In this document: positions 48,850-61,710 of the stretch, piece by piece
Numbering within the stretch: the stretch's first letter is position 1
Layout of the letters: the number at the start of each line of letters is the position of its first letter
Assembly (NCBI GenBank): GCA_024679065.1
Contig: JAGIQG010000002.1
Coordinates: forward strand, 102,796,001-102,860,000
Source: Sphyrna mokarran
Taxonomy: Eukaryota
DNA: 64,000 nt
Direction of reading: 5' to 3'
Translations under genes and position numbers: made by a program
Notes under the pieces: model-generated
Told to the model about the DNA's origin: nothing
The model's database searches: none
The model's input: the letters and a program-made list of their open reading frames with translations, nothing else

Positions 48850-49790
48850 CTTCACAAACTGCTCTCTTTCTCAACATCCAATTGCAGTGTCTCTGTTGCC
48901 TTCTCTTAGCCTCCACCACTTCCTCCTATTTCTGTTATTTCTCTTTGGTATTATTATGAAATGGCTTACTGATCCCTGTGCTAATTCCTCTTCTGTCAGA
49001 ATGAGTGGAATCTCCAGAGTATCCAATAAAGATTTCCCAAGTGATCTCCCTTCATCATAGAAGGTGGGGGAAGAGGGGATGTGGTTTGTAAAGGCATGTG
49101 GATGCACTCAATGACACACTGTAGCATTGGGAATCCCACTATCTCGGCAAAGTCAATTTCCCTTTCATCTTGTTACTTCTGGAGAGTGAGAAGAGAATTA
49201 ATTCCCATTGTCTGATGTGTACAGTTTCCACTGCTCCCAGATGTTTTGATGAACTCCACACCATGAAGACAACATGACGGGATAGTGGTTAGCATAGCTG
49301 TCTCACAGCACAAGTGACAAAGGTTCGATTCCCAACTTGGATCGCTGCCTGTGAGAAGTTTGCACATTCTCCCCAAGAGTGTGTGGGTTTCCTCTGGGTG
49401 CTCTGATTTCCTCCCACAGTCCAAGGATGTGCAGGTTAGGTGGATTGGTCATGCTAAATTACCCCTGTGTCAGGGGGACTAATTAGGGTAAATGCATTGA
49501 GTTATGGGAATATAGCCTGGATGGGATTGTGGTCAGTGCAGACATAATGGGCTGAATGGTCTCCTTCTGCACTATAGGATTCTATTTATTCATGATGTTT
49601 CCTTTTGCTGTCTTGAAGGATCCAAAAGCAAAATCAAAGTGAGAGTAACTGGCCTTCATAGCCAGACAGAGAAGACTGTCCTTGTCCTGCTGTGAGACTC
49701 TAATCACTGTAGCACAGCTTCATGGTCATCTTCTTGGTAAATCTGTTCCACCTTACTCATTCATTGCTCTTGGCATGTCCAAATTGAGGA
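48850..49790 (-). pseudogene. Harbinger (HARBI1-like) DDE transposase relic, split by a V-SINE
   Basis: FDFAFGSFKTA (49606-49638; cf. HARBI1 FYTSGSFQT) and FAEIVGFPMLQCVIECIHMPLQT (49083-49151; cf. F..IAGFPGVIGAIDCTHI.I.AP), in the correct order. Confidence 0.65.
49268..49587 (+). mobile_element. HE1-like V-SINE inserted in the Harbinger transposase
   Basis: Head gtggttagca...ggttcgattccc, full V-domain, tail gggctgaatggtctccttctgcactataggattcta. catga on both sides may be a TSD. Confidence 0.9.
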
Positions 49791-50433
49791 GTGTTGTTGT
49801 TGGACTAATTCTGCTTGATGGCGTCTTCAATGAAGAGTCCTCCTTCTCCTGTTCTCCCCCCCACCCCCAGCAAAGGTTTTCTTCTCTGCCTCCTTCATTG
49901 CATAGTGTATTTAATGTAATAAAATGTCTCAAGGTACTTCTCACGTGCATTATTAAATAAAATATGACCAAGAAGTACCTTAACAATTAGTTCCATAGTT
50001 AGCTCCAGTACTCCTCTTTTCTCCCTGATTATTTCCAGAAACTTCTACACGCAGCTCCAGATACCTACTGCAGTGCTTCTATTAACTCTGAAAAATTAGA
50101 TCATAACATCTCAATTGCAACTTGTTTGCTAGCCATTCCAGGGCACACTGTGCCTCACTGCATTTGTTTTCAAAAAGTGATTCGGGAATTTGATGTCAGG
50201 ACTAAGTTTTTTTCCAAATATGGAATCCTTCAGTTCATTAAGTCTGTGTGACATCAGGATAATGCCAAATCCTGGCATACGTAGGGAACACAGCCACACA
50301 AGTGGCAGAATAGGCCAGACTAAAGTAGCACTACATGAATATAGTTATTATACCCATTAAATGTTATTAAGTAGGTCATGCAACACATGTAAAAGAGAAA
50401 GATTTTCCATTGTACTTTTGCTCTTCTGTAGAA

Positions 50434-50714
50434 CAGCATTTTTCAAAACAGGAGTCGCGACCTGCGGGTGGGTCATGGGATGTTGCAAAATTGGACACCA
50501 AAAATGATCTGCAAAGATCGCCTAACCTTTTCTCCCCCATTTTCTCTTGGGCAAATTTTTGCTGCCATACAATGCATGACCACATGAAGCAAGTATAAAC
50601 AGGTCAGCATGTCCTGTACATGCACTTGCTACCAATTATCAATCCCTTCCCTGGGCTGTAAGGAATAGTCGTTTGGTAAAAGTGGGTCACTGGAAAAATG
50701 TTTGAAAAACACTG
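50434..50714. mobile_element. hAT (Charlie-type) MITE, 281 bp
   Basis: TIRs cagcatttttcaaa / tttgaaaaacactg. Perfect 8-bp TSD ctgtagaa (50426-50433 and 50715-50722) close to the NTCTAGAN preference. Internal gtcgcgacc and gggtcac motifs. Confidence 0.9.
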
Positions 50715-51902
50715 CTGTAGAAAATAAAATAAATACCACATTCAAAATTATTAAATGTTAAAGGACATGCTGAAATCTTTAAAAAGAGGGCTGCACTGTT
50801 TATATGATCCTCATCCAAATATCAATGGAGAAAAAGAAACTTCAGCACAATAGTTTTACATTCTGATCGCTGGATCTGTCATATCTCCTTTAGCCACTTT
50901 GTCTGCACCTTTCAGTTCATAGCTCTATTACTATTGTTCCATTGCTACTTTCATCAAAGCATCCATCCGTTAAGGCTCTAACTACAACATTTTCAATTAC
51001 TCCACTGCAATAAGTATTCATTTAAAAGGATTGGCAAGCCAAAAACATGTCCAATACATTTTCTAAAGATTGGAAAAGAAATACAAAGCTTTCTATTCCC
51101 ACAGCAGGAGACAGAAAGATACAAGATAATACAAAGTATATTGCAATATCTGAAGCACTTTCCTCATGATTTACCAAGTGCAAGTATTGACGAATACCCT
51201 GCGATTGTCACTACAACTGTTCTGTATTTCAGCACTACCACACAGTCTGTAGTGCAGCATTATTATAGCCTCCAGGAAGAACAAAAGTCTCTTTCTATGT
51301 TTAATAACTAAAATGAAATCCCATCAACAATGAGTTTACCAGATAAAACTGGGAGTGGTTATCTTATTATTTCTTAGTGTGTTCAGCATGATGGGTTTGC
51401 AAAAGGTGTAGAAAGATTAGAAGTAATATCATTAACTGCTTTTCTCTTCACCTTTCAATGCTCTCTTTGTTCTTGTCTTCCTGGTTTTCATTTTCATTCA
51501 ATAATCCATCACAACTAATACAATGGTCCTGGGAGTCCAAAATCAAATCTCCAGCTAACCATTCTTGATCCCACAAAAACAGTTGACCATCAACCATATC
51601 CCTTTGTGGAGCATATGTATTGCATAGACTGTGTAATTAAATATGACCCAAAAAAATATCTCTTTCAGAATTCCAGTTTACAAATATCTGATTCATAAAA
51701 TATGCTTTTGCAATGATCTCTAATATTATTTGTTTTCACACAAATATTGGCTAGTTATACACCTAATTGATCTTTATTTCAGATTTTGCCTTCAAATGAT
51801 GTTATAAACAAAGTTGCTGATTATCTGGAATTGACAGTATTATTACATGATTTGACAGTAAAAAAAATTCTATCACTGTCAAATGATCAGATCTACCATA
51901 TG

Positions 51903-52292
51903 AATCATAGAATTCCTAAAGCAGAAGGAGGCCATTCAGCCTATTGAGTCTGCACTGGCACTCTAACAGAGTATTTTACCTATGCCCTCTCCCATGCTCT
52001 ATCCCTGAAATCTCACACATTTACCATCTGTCTAATCTAGACATCTTAAGTTTATTTATCAGTATCAGCAAGTAGACTTACATTAACACTGCAATGAAGT
52101 TATTGTGAAATTCCCTTGATCGCCACATTCTGTATCTGTTGGGGTACACTGAGGGAGAATTTAGCATGGTTAATGCATCTAACTAGCATGTCTTTCAAAC
52201 TGTGGGAGGAAACCAGAGCACCCAGGGGAAACACACACACAGACAGGGAGAACATGCAGACTGGGCACAGACAGTAACACAAGTTGGGAATA
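51903..52292 (-). mobile_element. Composite V-SINE (HE1-type tail 51903-52047 plus a second V-SINE with a different tail)
   Basis: gaaggaggccattcagcctattgagtctgcac tail, then a different 3' region, then a V-domain (tgtgggaggaaaccagagcaccc). Confidence 0.8.
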
Positions 52293-53744
52293 TTCGTCCC
52301 TCAGTAAGAGGCTATTCCAAAATTTTGTCTATATATAAAATTCATTTTGGGAATTCTAAGTAAATTGCATTACTTTTGGGAGGTGATCAGTATAAATGGC
52401 ATAACTTCTGTAATTCTATATATGTTTGAAAGTTTGCCTAAATATATATGTATTTTTCCACCTAAAGTAATGCTATGTTAGAGACAATTGTTGTAATTGC
52501 ATTTCAATACTTCTACTCTAGACTTTCAAGAGATTCTTTTGAGAGAGATATCCATACATCCAATATCTCTTGGATATATTTGCAAGATAAGAATAACAGG
52601 GTTACCTACTTTACCACCCCTATGATTGGGTTTACAAACTCATCCTAAGCTAAGCTGCAGAAAGAGTCTGGCAGTGTTAACAATGCTTCCAGTTGATTAT
52701 AGTAATACCTAGAGTTAGATCAGTCATTTTAAAAAGTTAATTCCATATCTGAAGACCATCACCGCTAAGCAGATTGTTATAATCTTACCTTAGGGAGCTG
52801 AAAGTGGAATGGAAAGAATTCTTTCTTGTACCAATCAACTGAGAGACTGGTTTTGCTAGTAATATCATCTGCCCATGAAGCACTTGGGCTGTCTGCTGAC
52901 TGTTGTGGATCTAAATAAATCTTCATTACTCTGACTGATGCAGCAATTTTATTGATCTTGAATATGCCTAGAAAATATGGAGACACTTATGTCCTCTCAA
53001 GGCACTTAACCTCTGTTCAATTAATGCAATTTAGTTAATAGGTTGTTTTACTTTTCAGAGTTAATGAACTGAGCCTTGGCATTTCAGTATAGTAACAAGC
53101 AGGTTTCTTCCTAGATGTCTTCACCATGTAACAAGCAGTTCTATAGCAGGAGTAAGGCCTTATTCAAAAACGTATTAAAGGAGATAAACTTTTGTACATG
53201 ACGTATTGGAAAGTTGATGGTATTTTTTGATAATATTTAGAACTGAGTGGCTGGTAGCACTAATAAAAAAATACTCACATTGACTCTAACTGCCAAACTT
53301 TAAAAACATTCCAAAGGCTACTAATTTTAACTAGCCACATGTGAAATGCATGCTATGCAGAAGTGTGCATTATGCAGAGATTTATGGTATGCAAATATTT
53401 GCAGCTTTAATGGCTCTTTTTGACGTTAGTTTCACTAAAATTTTTAAGACTGCAACCAGGCATTTCTGAATAGTATAAGAAACAACTCATATTACTTATT
53501 CGAAGTATTAATGCTTCTCTGGTCTCATAGTGCACTCCCAGCAAATCTGTGCCAGAAATGGATGGATGCCAGCTCAAAGCTAGCTCACAGCACACTGAGC
53601 TAACTGCACTGTAGGGTCAGGTTATTTGAATATTTAACATAATGAGCTCAGCTTTGGATTTGCATCAACAGCTAGTCTAACAGGCTTGTATAAAGTCTAG
53701 CTAACAGCACAATTTTAGAAGGATTTGCTCACTTAAAGGTAAGT

Positions 53745-54690
53745 GCCTGTTTCTGGAGCAAACCTTTGAAGGTAAATCAGTGTCAGAGCAGTGGGAAGCA
53801 CTTAAGCAGAAGACAGAGAGGGTTCGGAACAAATATTTTCCCACAAATGGGTATGAATCTCAAATTTGACTGCCCTGGATGCCAAACAACATACAGAGTA
53901 GAATAAGGCAAAAAGGGAAAGCTTATGTCTGATATTAAGACCTCAATATTGCAAAAAGCCTAGAGGGATACAAAGAGAGCAGAGGTGAACTTAGAAAGAA
54001 AATTGGAAAACAAGAGAATACAGGATAAATGGTAAGATGCTAAGAGATTTAAGGGAAAGGAGAGACCTGGTGTATATGTCCACAGATGCTTGAAGTTAAT
54101 GAGACAAGTAGATAAGGTGATTATACATATGAGAGCAAGAAGGTTATATCAGAAATATATGAAACAATAGTTAGACCGCAACTAGACTACTGCATACTTT
54201 AGAGGACACAGAGGAGATTTATGAGGATGTTGCCAGAAATGGAGTATTTTTAACTGTGAGGAAAGATTGAATCAACTGTATAGTTTTCTGTGGAATAGAG
54301 GAGTTTGAGGTGAGATTTAATTGAGGTGTATAAAATGATGAAGAGACTTGATGGAGTAGAGTGGAGTGGAAGGAACTATTCCCCTTAGCAGAGAGGTCAA
54401 TAAGCAAGTGGCACAGATTTAATATAATTGGTGAAGTGATTAGACAAGAATTGAGAAACAATTTTTCACCCTAAGAGTGGTGAAGGGTCTGCAATGGAAT
54501 GGGCGATGAGCGATCCGTTGACCTTGGGCGAGATTTTCCAGTCTTGGGCCATGTGAGGCTATAAAATCCTGCCCATTGTCTGAAAACATGATAAAGGCAG
54601 AAACTCACATTGTTTTTAAAATAAATATGTAGCATCACACGGAAAGCGTGGCCATGTACTAGAATGTGGAATTAGACTGGGTAATTTTTT
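53745..54690 (+). mobile_element. Degraded CR1 LINE with an internal MITE (54490-54575)
   Basis: Remnants of YETIVRPQLDYC, R.RLRGDLIEVYKM and RNNFFTLRVV. Confidence 0.75.
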
Positions 54691-55204
54691 TTAGTCTTGT
54701 ATGTCAATGCAGATCCATTTAAACCAGGATTAGCTTCCTAATGAACTGAAAGTAAGTAATGCTCATTTCAGCTTGTATTTAAGAGATGGGTTTGTTCCCA
54801 GTGAGGGGAAGCTTCTGGACAGGGAAAGGATCCAGAAGGAAGAATGGAAACCGATGTCTGTGCTGTACTATGATATAAAAATAAAACTGTATGGATCATT
54901 AAATATCCTTGCTGCCTAATATGATAAATGGACATTCACCTGTTTAACATGGGAGCAGAGGACTGAATTGATCTCTTCAAGTGGGAAGATAAAGAAAACA
55001 AAACAATCCTTGACAAAAGGAAAGCTCCCTTTGACTTTTAAGATGCAATGGCTAAGTGATGCTGCAAGATCAGAAACAGTACTTATCAACCAGTCTCTTT
55101 GGAATTGACAAACAATGGAAGACCAAGTTGGCAATATGGACTTAGGTCACTGACGTAGTTGCCAAAGAGGGATTGCCAATTCTACTGCAATGAAATTCAC
55201 AAAA

Positions 55205-56055
55205 AGAATAAAAGCAAATTACTGCAGATGCTGGAATCTGAAACCAAAAGAGAAAATGGTGGAAAATCTCAGCAGGTCTGGTAACATCTGTGAGGAGAGA
55301 AAAGAACTGATGTTTTGAGTTCAGGTGACTCTTTGTCAAAGCTACAAAGCATAGCATGTGGAAGATATTTATACTACAAGGTGGGGGAAATGAAAGATGA
55401 CTCATAGCCACAGAAACTGGGAGAAAGGCTGCCAATGGAAGCCCACAGAGAGAATAAAGGGTATGAATGGCCAAACAGCTGAGAAATTGAAATCAGAGGG
55501 TGACCTGTGACAGATGAAGATACGGAGAGAGATGAGTGATTGTTGGAGAGAAGTCCACTTCTACAATTTCAGATGATTAGTTCTACCTCACCTCAACCAA
55601 TTTGTTAACATTTCATTTAATTTTTAACTGTTCTCTACCTTTTACTACCTTAATGTCTTTATTTTTCTTTCCCCTCCATTTCTTTTCCTCTATTTTATTC
55701 CCCTTTCCTTTCCTTTTTTCCCCTTTGCTTCCGCTTCCCCCCTTTTCTCAATTTTACCTATCTCCCATCCATTCCCCTCCCCTAGCATCTTCATCTGTCA
55801 GAATTTACTCTCTGATTTCAGCTTCTCAGGTGTTTGGCTTTATTCTCTCCACAGACTGCCATTGGCAGTCTTTTCCCCTGGTTTCTGTGGCCATGACTCA
55901 TCTTTCATTCCCTCATCCTGCAGTATAAGTATCTTCCATTTTCAATGCCTTTTAGCATTGAGAATTGGTCATCTGGACTCAAAACATCAGCTCTTTTCTC
56001 TCCTTACAGATCCTGCCAGAGCTGCTGAGATTTTCCAGCATTTTCTCTTTTGATT
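55205..56055. mobile_element. Penelope-like element with ~280-bp inverted arms
   Basis: 55240-55525 is the reverse complement of 55785-56052 with scattered mismatches. The two ORF-track translations (55142- and 55602+/55862+) share VSVAM(S/T)HLSFP and SKHQ.FSLLTD. Confidence 0.8.
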
Positions 56056-56102
56056 ACAAAAAGGATGGCTTGTTACAAGCTTACAAGCCTGGTGAATATT
56101 TG

Positions 56103-57335
56103 ATAGAACAAAGAAAATTACAGCACAAAAACAGGCCCTTTGGCCCCCACGCCTGCACTGACCATGCTGCCTGACTGAACTAAAACCCCCTACCCTTCCG
56201 GGAACCATTTCCTTCTATTCCCATCCTATTCTTGTACTTGTCAAGACACCCCTTAAAACTCACTATCATATCTGCTTCCATTACCTCCCCTGGCAGTGAG
56301 CTCCAGGCACCCACCATCCTCTGTGATTAAAATTAACTTGTACATCTTCTTTAAACTTTGCCCCTCGCACCTGAAACCAATGCTCCTAAGAATTGACTCT
56401 TCCATCCTGGGAAAATGCTTTTGACGATCCATTCTGTCCATGACCCTCAATCTTCTTATCTTCTATCAGGTCACCCCTCAATCTCCATCATTCCAGTGAT
56501 AACAAAGCAAGTGTCTCCAACCTCTCCTCATAGCTAATGCCCTCCATGCTAGGCAACATCCTACTAAATCTTTTCTGTACCCTCTGCAAAGCCTCCACAT
56601 CCTTTTGGTTGTGTGGCGACCAGAATTGAACACTATATTCCAAGTGTGGCCTAACTAACGTTCTATAAAGTTGCAACATGATTTGCCAGTTTTTAAATTC
56701 AGTACCCCAGCCGATGAAGGCAAGCATGCTGTATGCTTTCTTGACTACCTTCTCATCTGCATTGCCACTTCTGGTGACCTGTATATCTGTACACACAAAT
56801 CCCTCTGTCTATGACTAGTCTTAAGGGTTCTGCCTTTTACTGTATATTTCCTATCTGAATAAGACCTTCCAAAATGCATTACCTCACATTTCTCCAGAAT
56901 AAACTCTACCTGGCATCTCTCTGCCCAAGTCTTCAACCGATCTATATCCTGCTGTATTCTCTGATGGTCCTCATCACTATCCACAAATCCACCAACCTTT
57001 GTGTCATCCGAAACTTACTAATCAAACCAATTACATTTTCTTCCAAATCATTTATATATATATTATGAACAGCAGACATCCCAGCACTGATCCCTGAGGA
57101 ACACCACTTGTCACAGACTTCCATTCAGAAACACACCCTTCCACTGCTATTCTCTGTCTTCTATGACTAAACCTTCTCCTTGCCAACTCACCTCTGATCC
57201 CATGCCACTTCACTTTCTGCACCAGTCTGTCATAAGGGACCTTGTCAAATGCCTTACTGAAGTCCAAGTAGACAACATCCATTGTCTTACCCTCATCAAT
57301 CATCTTCGTCACTTCCTTGAAAAGCTTGATCAAGT
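56103..57335 (-). mobile_element. CR1 LINE (RT domain to 3' tail), frameshifted
   Basis: DVVYLDFSKAFDKVP, VTSGVPQGSVLG, IYINDL, KCEVMHFG and LYRTLVRPHLEYSVQFWSPH, with a (ttctttg)-type tail. Confidence 0.95.
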
Positions 57336-58324
57336 TAATTATATAAAAGACCAAAAATGTTTGATCTAGATATTCTGGTGTCTGTATCTGCATTCAGATT
57401 GTTAAATTATGCACAATCTCATACATGGAAGGAGTTTAGGCTGTGTCAAGTCTTTATTTTTTTTAAAACGACTACTACTTTGAAGTTTTTTTTAAGGAAA
57501 CAATCGTTTCCTTGCGTCTTTGCAATTGATGTTGGAAGTACTTCAGTGGTACAGAGAATGAATGACTCCATGATTACTAGATCTTAAAACTGACAGAGGC
57601 CTGCCTAGTCGCAGGTACTTATGCAAGGAAGGAATTGCTCGAAGACATCCCAAGGTGGGTTGTACTTTTAATACATTCATGGATTAAGGCACAAAGCAAG
57701 ATTGGAGTGAAAGCTGATAACAAATGAATCCCAGACATACACAGGGAATAATTTCTAGGTGTTTCTGGTGTGACTAAATATCACTATGTAAGGGATTATG
57801 CGAAGGTCAGGAATCAAGTATTTGAAGAAATTCATGAAAACAGATGGTTCTGATGATGAGACTGAGAAGCAAGAAAGTATTGTTAAAGTGACAGAAAAGT
57901 TAAGCCAGCCCATAAGCTGCTTGGCTGCCGATTCATTCAACAGTGCTATACTAGTTAGCGGCTCTACTTCAACAGTGTGTGGGGTCAATTGGCTAAACTG
58001 TTATTTAAGACAGTATAAGGGCCCAGAAGGGAGAATAGAAACCAGAGTTTGTGCTGCACTATTGTACCATAATAGACTTATTGTGAATTATCAGATGTCT
58101 CCTGCTGCTAATCTGATAACATTGTACACACCTAATGGCCTTCTGCTTTGTGGAAAATTTTGCATGTCTCTATGTTTTCTATTTTTCTGTGTAATATTTT
58201 TAAAGTCTTCACAGAAGTGCAAAATGTTAACGAAAATAACTTTTCTTAGTTGTTGAATGTTGAGTAAAGAGTAAAGTAACCCCAGAGAAAAATCAGGTCA
58301 AAAGAAATCAACATAAAAGATTAG

Positions 58325-58510
58325 AGGCTGAAACTTTCTGGCTGTTCATGCTGGTGGGATCTTCTGGTCCTGCTGATGGTGCACCCCTGCTATAGGTTTC
58401 CTGGAAATCGTATTGACAGTGGCAAGACCAGAAGATCCTGCCACTGACCAATGGTGTATTCCCTCCTGTCATGGGAAAACATGCCATGAGGGTGCTAGAG
58501 AATTTCATCC
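58325..58510. mobile_element. Palindromic MITE-like repeat
   Basis: Internal inverted repeat ggatcttctggtc / gaccagaagatcc. A related inverted copy lies at 61523-61710. Confidence 0.55.
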
Positions 58511-59369
58511 AGAGTCTGTAGATATATAACACCCAATCCTCTGTCTGTTAGATGACTTGAAAACAGGGTAGACCACTGTTGGGGATGTTACTCTGTTTGA
58601 CAGTGTCCCCAACAAACAAGAATGCTTGTTAGTGGTGACAGCCAGCTTCAATGATATTACAGGCCAAATGTGCCATTTTAGATGTTCTCCCATTCCAGGA
58701 CCTCAGCCTTTCAGAATAAACAAGTGCTCAGATCGGCTTTGCCTTCTTTAAAAAATAGAGATGAACTACTTTTCCCTCTCCAGAAAGATCTACATTATTT
58801 GCCTACTGCTGAAGAACTAATTTGGCATATATTTTTGATAGTAGCTTGAAGGATCCAATGATATAAAAGTTTACGTTTGCAAGAAAAGCCATTCCTTCTG
58901 GTACATATTGCCTGCTGGTCAGTTGTCAGAAGACTGTACTGCAATGTAGCAACCTCCGTATGAAAGACTGAACTTTTGTGTCTCAGGTGAATTCCCTGCA
59001 TCCAGTTGTGGAGTAAAGATTTGTGTGTATGTAATTAATGAGATATAGTTCTTTGCTCTTCCCTCAAGTTGCAGATATAGTCCACATAACTTGGATTGGA
59101 ATTTTAAATAATTAACCTTTATGTCCAAATGATAAAACTATTCCTTCTTCATTCTTTATCCTTATTCTATATGCATGTCACTTTAAATTTTTTGTTAGGA
59201 TTCATCAAGTAAAATGGTATTTATCAATTCTCCAGCAGCATGTAGTATTCAGTGTTCAGTATCAACAATCTGCTTCTCTCTCTGTCTGATCAGGCTAAGT
59301 TTTTTGCTATACTGAAATACTTCAGATAGTTACAGCTGGGGCAGTGGGTTTGGAACTGGGTTAGAAACT

Positions 59370-59650
59370 GGTAATTGTGAGTTCATAAACTCATCATGAC
59401 AAATTGTAAAATTAAATTCAATAAATCTGGTCATTTGTGGGCCTACCAGGGAAACAAAGGACTTTGAAAACCCCAGATTGCTATAAAATGCACATGATTC
59501 ATTAATGTCCCTCACGGATGCAGTGTGTCTAGTAATGCATACTGTGGTTGACTTTTAACGTCTTCTGAAGCAAAAACTGTGAGAAAAAGACCCACCACTT
59601 TCTTAGATTGAATGGACAATAAATGAGACCTTCACTGCAGTGCCCACAAC
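59370..59650 (+). mobile_element. Old SINE fragment
   Basis: tgattcattaatgtccct...tgtggttgacttttaac...caataaatg, related to 60870-61130. Confidence 0.45.
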
Positions 59651-60869
59651 AACAGAACAAAATCTAAAGAAAATCTAACAACCAGTCATGTGTGCAATCA
59701 GCTTGACCATTCCAACAAACTCTTACAATCATTTCTTAATCTCTAAACCTCATGGTGCGCTGTCTGTCCCCTCCGCTCCTTACCCCTATATCAGTCTGAA
59801 CAATCCTAAACCTGCTTTAACTCTCTTTGCAATTGCTTTCTGAATGAAATGATAAAGTGGGATCCAATTTGCCTATTCCAGGTGGTTCAGATGAATATGT
59901 AAGTTCAGATGGACCTATCTGAAAAAAGTATGGCTCTCTGCCAGTGTCATTGCCAGCACGCTACCTCAAACAACATCACAAAATTAAAATGAAATGATTA
60001 TTTGTTTTATTGTTATTTGTGGGTCTTGTACACATAATGGCTGTCAGATTCACCAGTATGGCAGTGCTTATACTTCCAGAGGAAACGTTGGATCCGTCGA
60101 AATCACAGAGAGGGGTAATACATGCAATTTGTTTAATCTGCAATATTAGTGCCTCAAAATGTAATTTTAATGAAAAATAAAGCATTAACAATTCCTGCTC
60201 CTACAGCTCCTATTCCTTGTCAAAACTAGTTCTCATACCATTTCTCTTTCCACCAGGCATCTATCCTCGCTGATGGCCCAAAATAAAAAAATGTGTGGGC
60301 TCACATTCCTTCATTGAATCTAGCTTGATTGTATCTTTTTTAATGCTTTATTCTATTCCAGCATAATTACTGAGTTGCTTGGTTTGTTGTACCCTTATCT
60401 ATTTGTTAAGTTAGGAGGTATCTTATCTCTCCCATTGTCCAATCTAATCAGTTTGTGCTGCTGTAGAAGAGGTTTGTCATGTTGGAAATGCACATTGGAA
60501 ATTTGGACATCAACGTTACAGGACCTACTGTCCCCTGTAGATGGAAACTTCTTACTTCTGTGCTGAAGTTCTTGGCAAAACTGTATAGCACAAGTGTACA
60601 GTCATTGCATCTTTATGTCTTCAAACTTACATGACACTGCCATCTCTTTAATTTTCTTACTTCAATGACAGTTATTCTTTTTAGTAAGAATCCTTTAATT
60701 AATTCAACTAATTAATTAAGTCTGAGTTGAGATTTTCCAAACTCTTTCTCCTGCCACTGCTACTAGCGAGAATCAGCCAAAACACCATTCACTGCAGTGG
60801 CATCAGAGAATTCTAGCTGCGGGTGAGGTCTGAGGTTTCTGGCATCGGACTAGGACACTAGTATCAGTA

Positions 60870-61135
60870 ATGGTGGTGCCAGTAATGGTGAAACTACTGG
60901 TTTGTTGATTTAAAAAAAAATCTGATTCACTTGTGCCCTGCAGGGAAGACAACCTGCCATTCTTAACTCATCCGATCAATATCCGTTTATGGCAAATCAG
61001 TAAAACCAAAACAACAAGAGGTCTGACCTGTATGTGACTCCAGGCCCAGAATAATCTGATTAATTTGCTAGGTTCGCCACCATCTTCTAATAGATAGATA
61101 ATAAAATGATGCCCCTATTCTTTTAATGAATTAAA
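60870..61135 (+). mobile_element. Old SINE fragment
   Basis: tctgattcacttgtgccctgcagggaagacaacctgcc...ggtctgacctgtatgtgactccagg. Confidence 0.5.
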
Positions 61136-61522
61136 AAAATGCTTTCCTTCAATGTAATACATTAAGTTCGGAACATTACGTTAAGCCCCTGTTAGTTCTT
61201 AAGTTATTCATCAAGTTGAACATTCTAGATATCTTCAAAGGCAACTTCTAGTATGGTTAATTTCTAAAATAAAATCTGAAAATGCTGGAAATTTACAGCA
61301 GGGCCTTGAGCATCAGGGAAAGAAAAGGAAAAGGTTAATATAAACAAATGTATGCACCCAGTGCTACCTTGTGCATATTTAGTAATTCACTATTATTTCT
61401 TTTTTACTTGCAGTAATTTTTTCGAAACAAGTTGCCATCATATGGCTTCCTGCCAAGGGCATGCTAGTTTCTGAGAGGCTGAGAGCTTCAAGGAAAAATA
61501 AATGTTAATGATAACTCCAAAC

Positions 61523-61710
61523 GGCTGGATTTTCCTCTTCCTCCGTGGTGTGTTTCACAGTGGTGGGAGGCAGCGCATCACAGACTGGTGGCAGGATCTA
61601 ATGGTGTTTCCTGTTGAATGCATCCCTCGCTATCCAAAAGCCAGTAATGGGGTGTACCATCAGCATGACTGTTAGATCCCACCAGTGTAAACAGTAGCAA
61701 GGTTTTAGCA
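61523..61710. mobile_element. MITE-like repeat related to 58325-58510
   Basis: Starts ggctggattttc. Contains ggggtgtaccatcagcatgac...gatcccaccagt, the reverse complement of gctggtgggatc...gctgatggtgcacccc. Confidence 0.55.

Noticed and set aside
57755-58256. 152-aa ORF and its antisense partner
   Set aside because: No recognisable domain or convincing splice structure. It may be decayed retroelement sequence but I cannot support a family.
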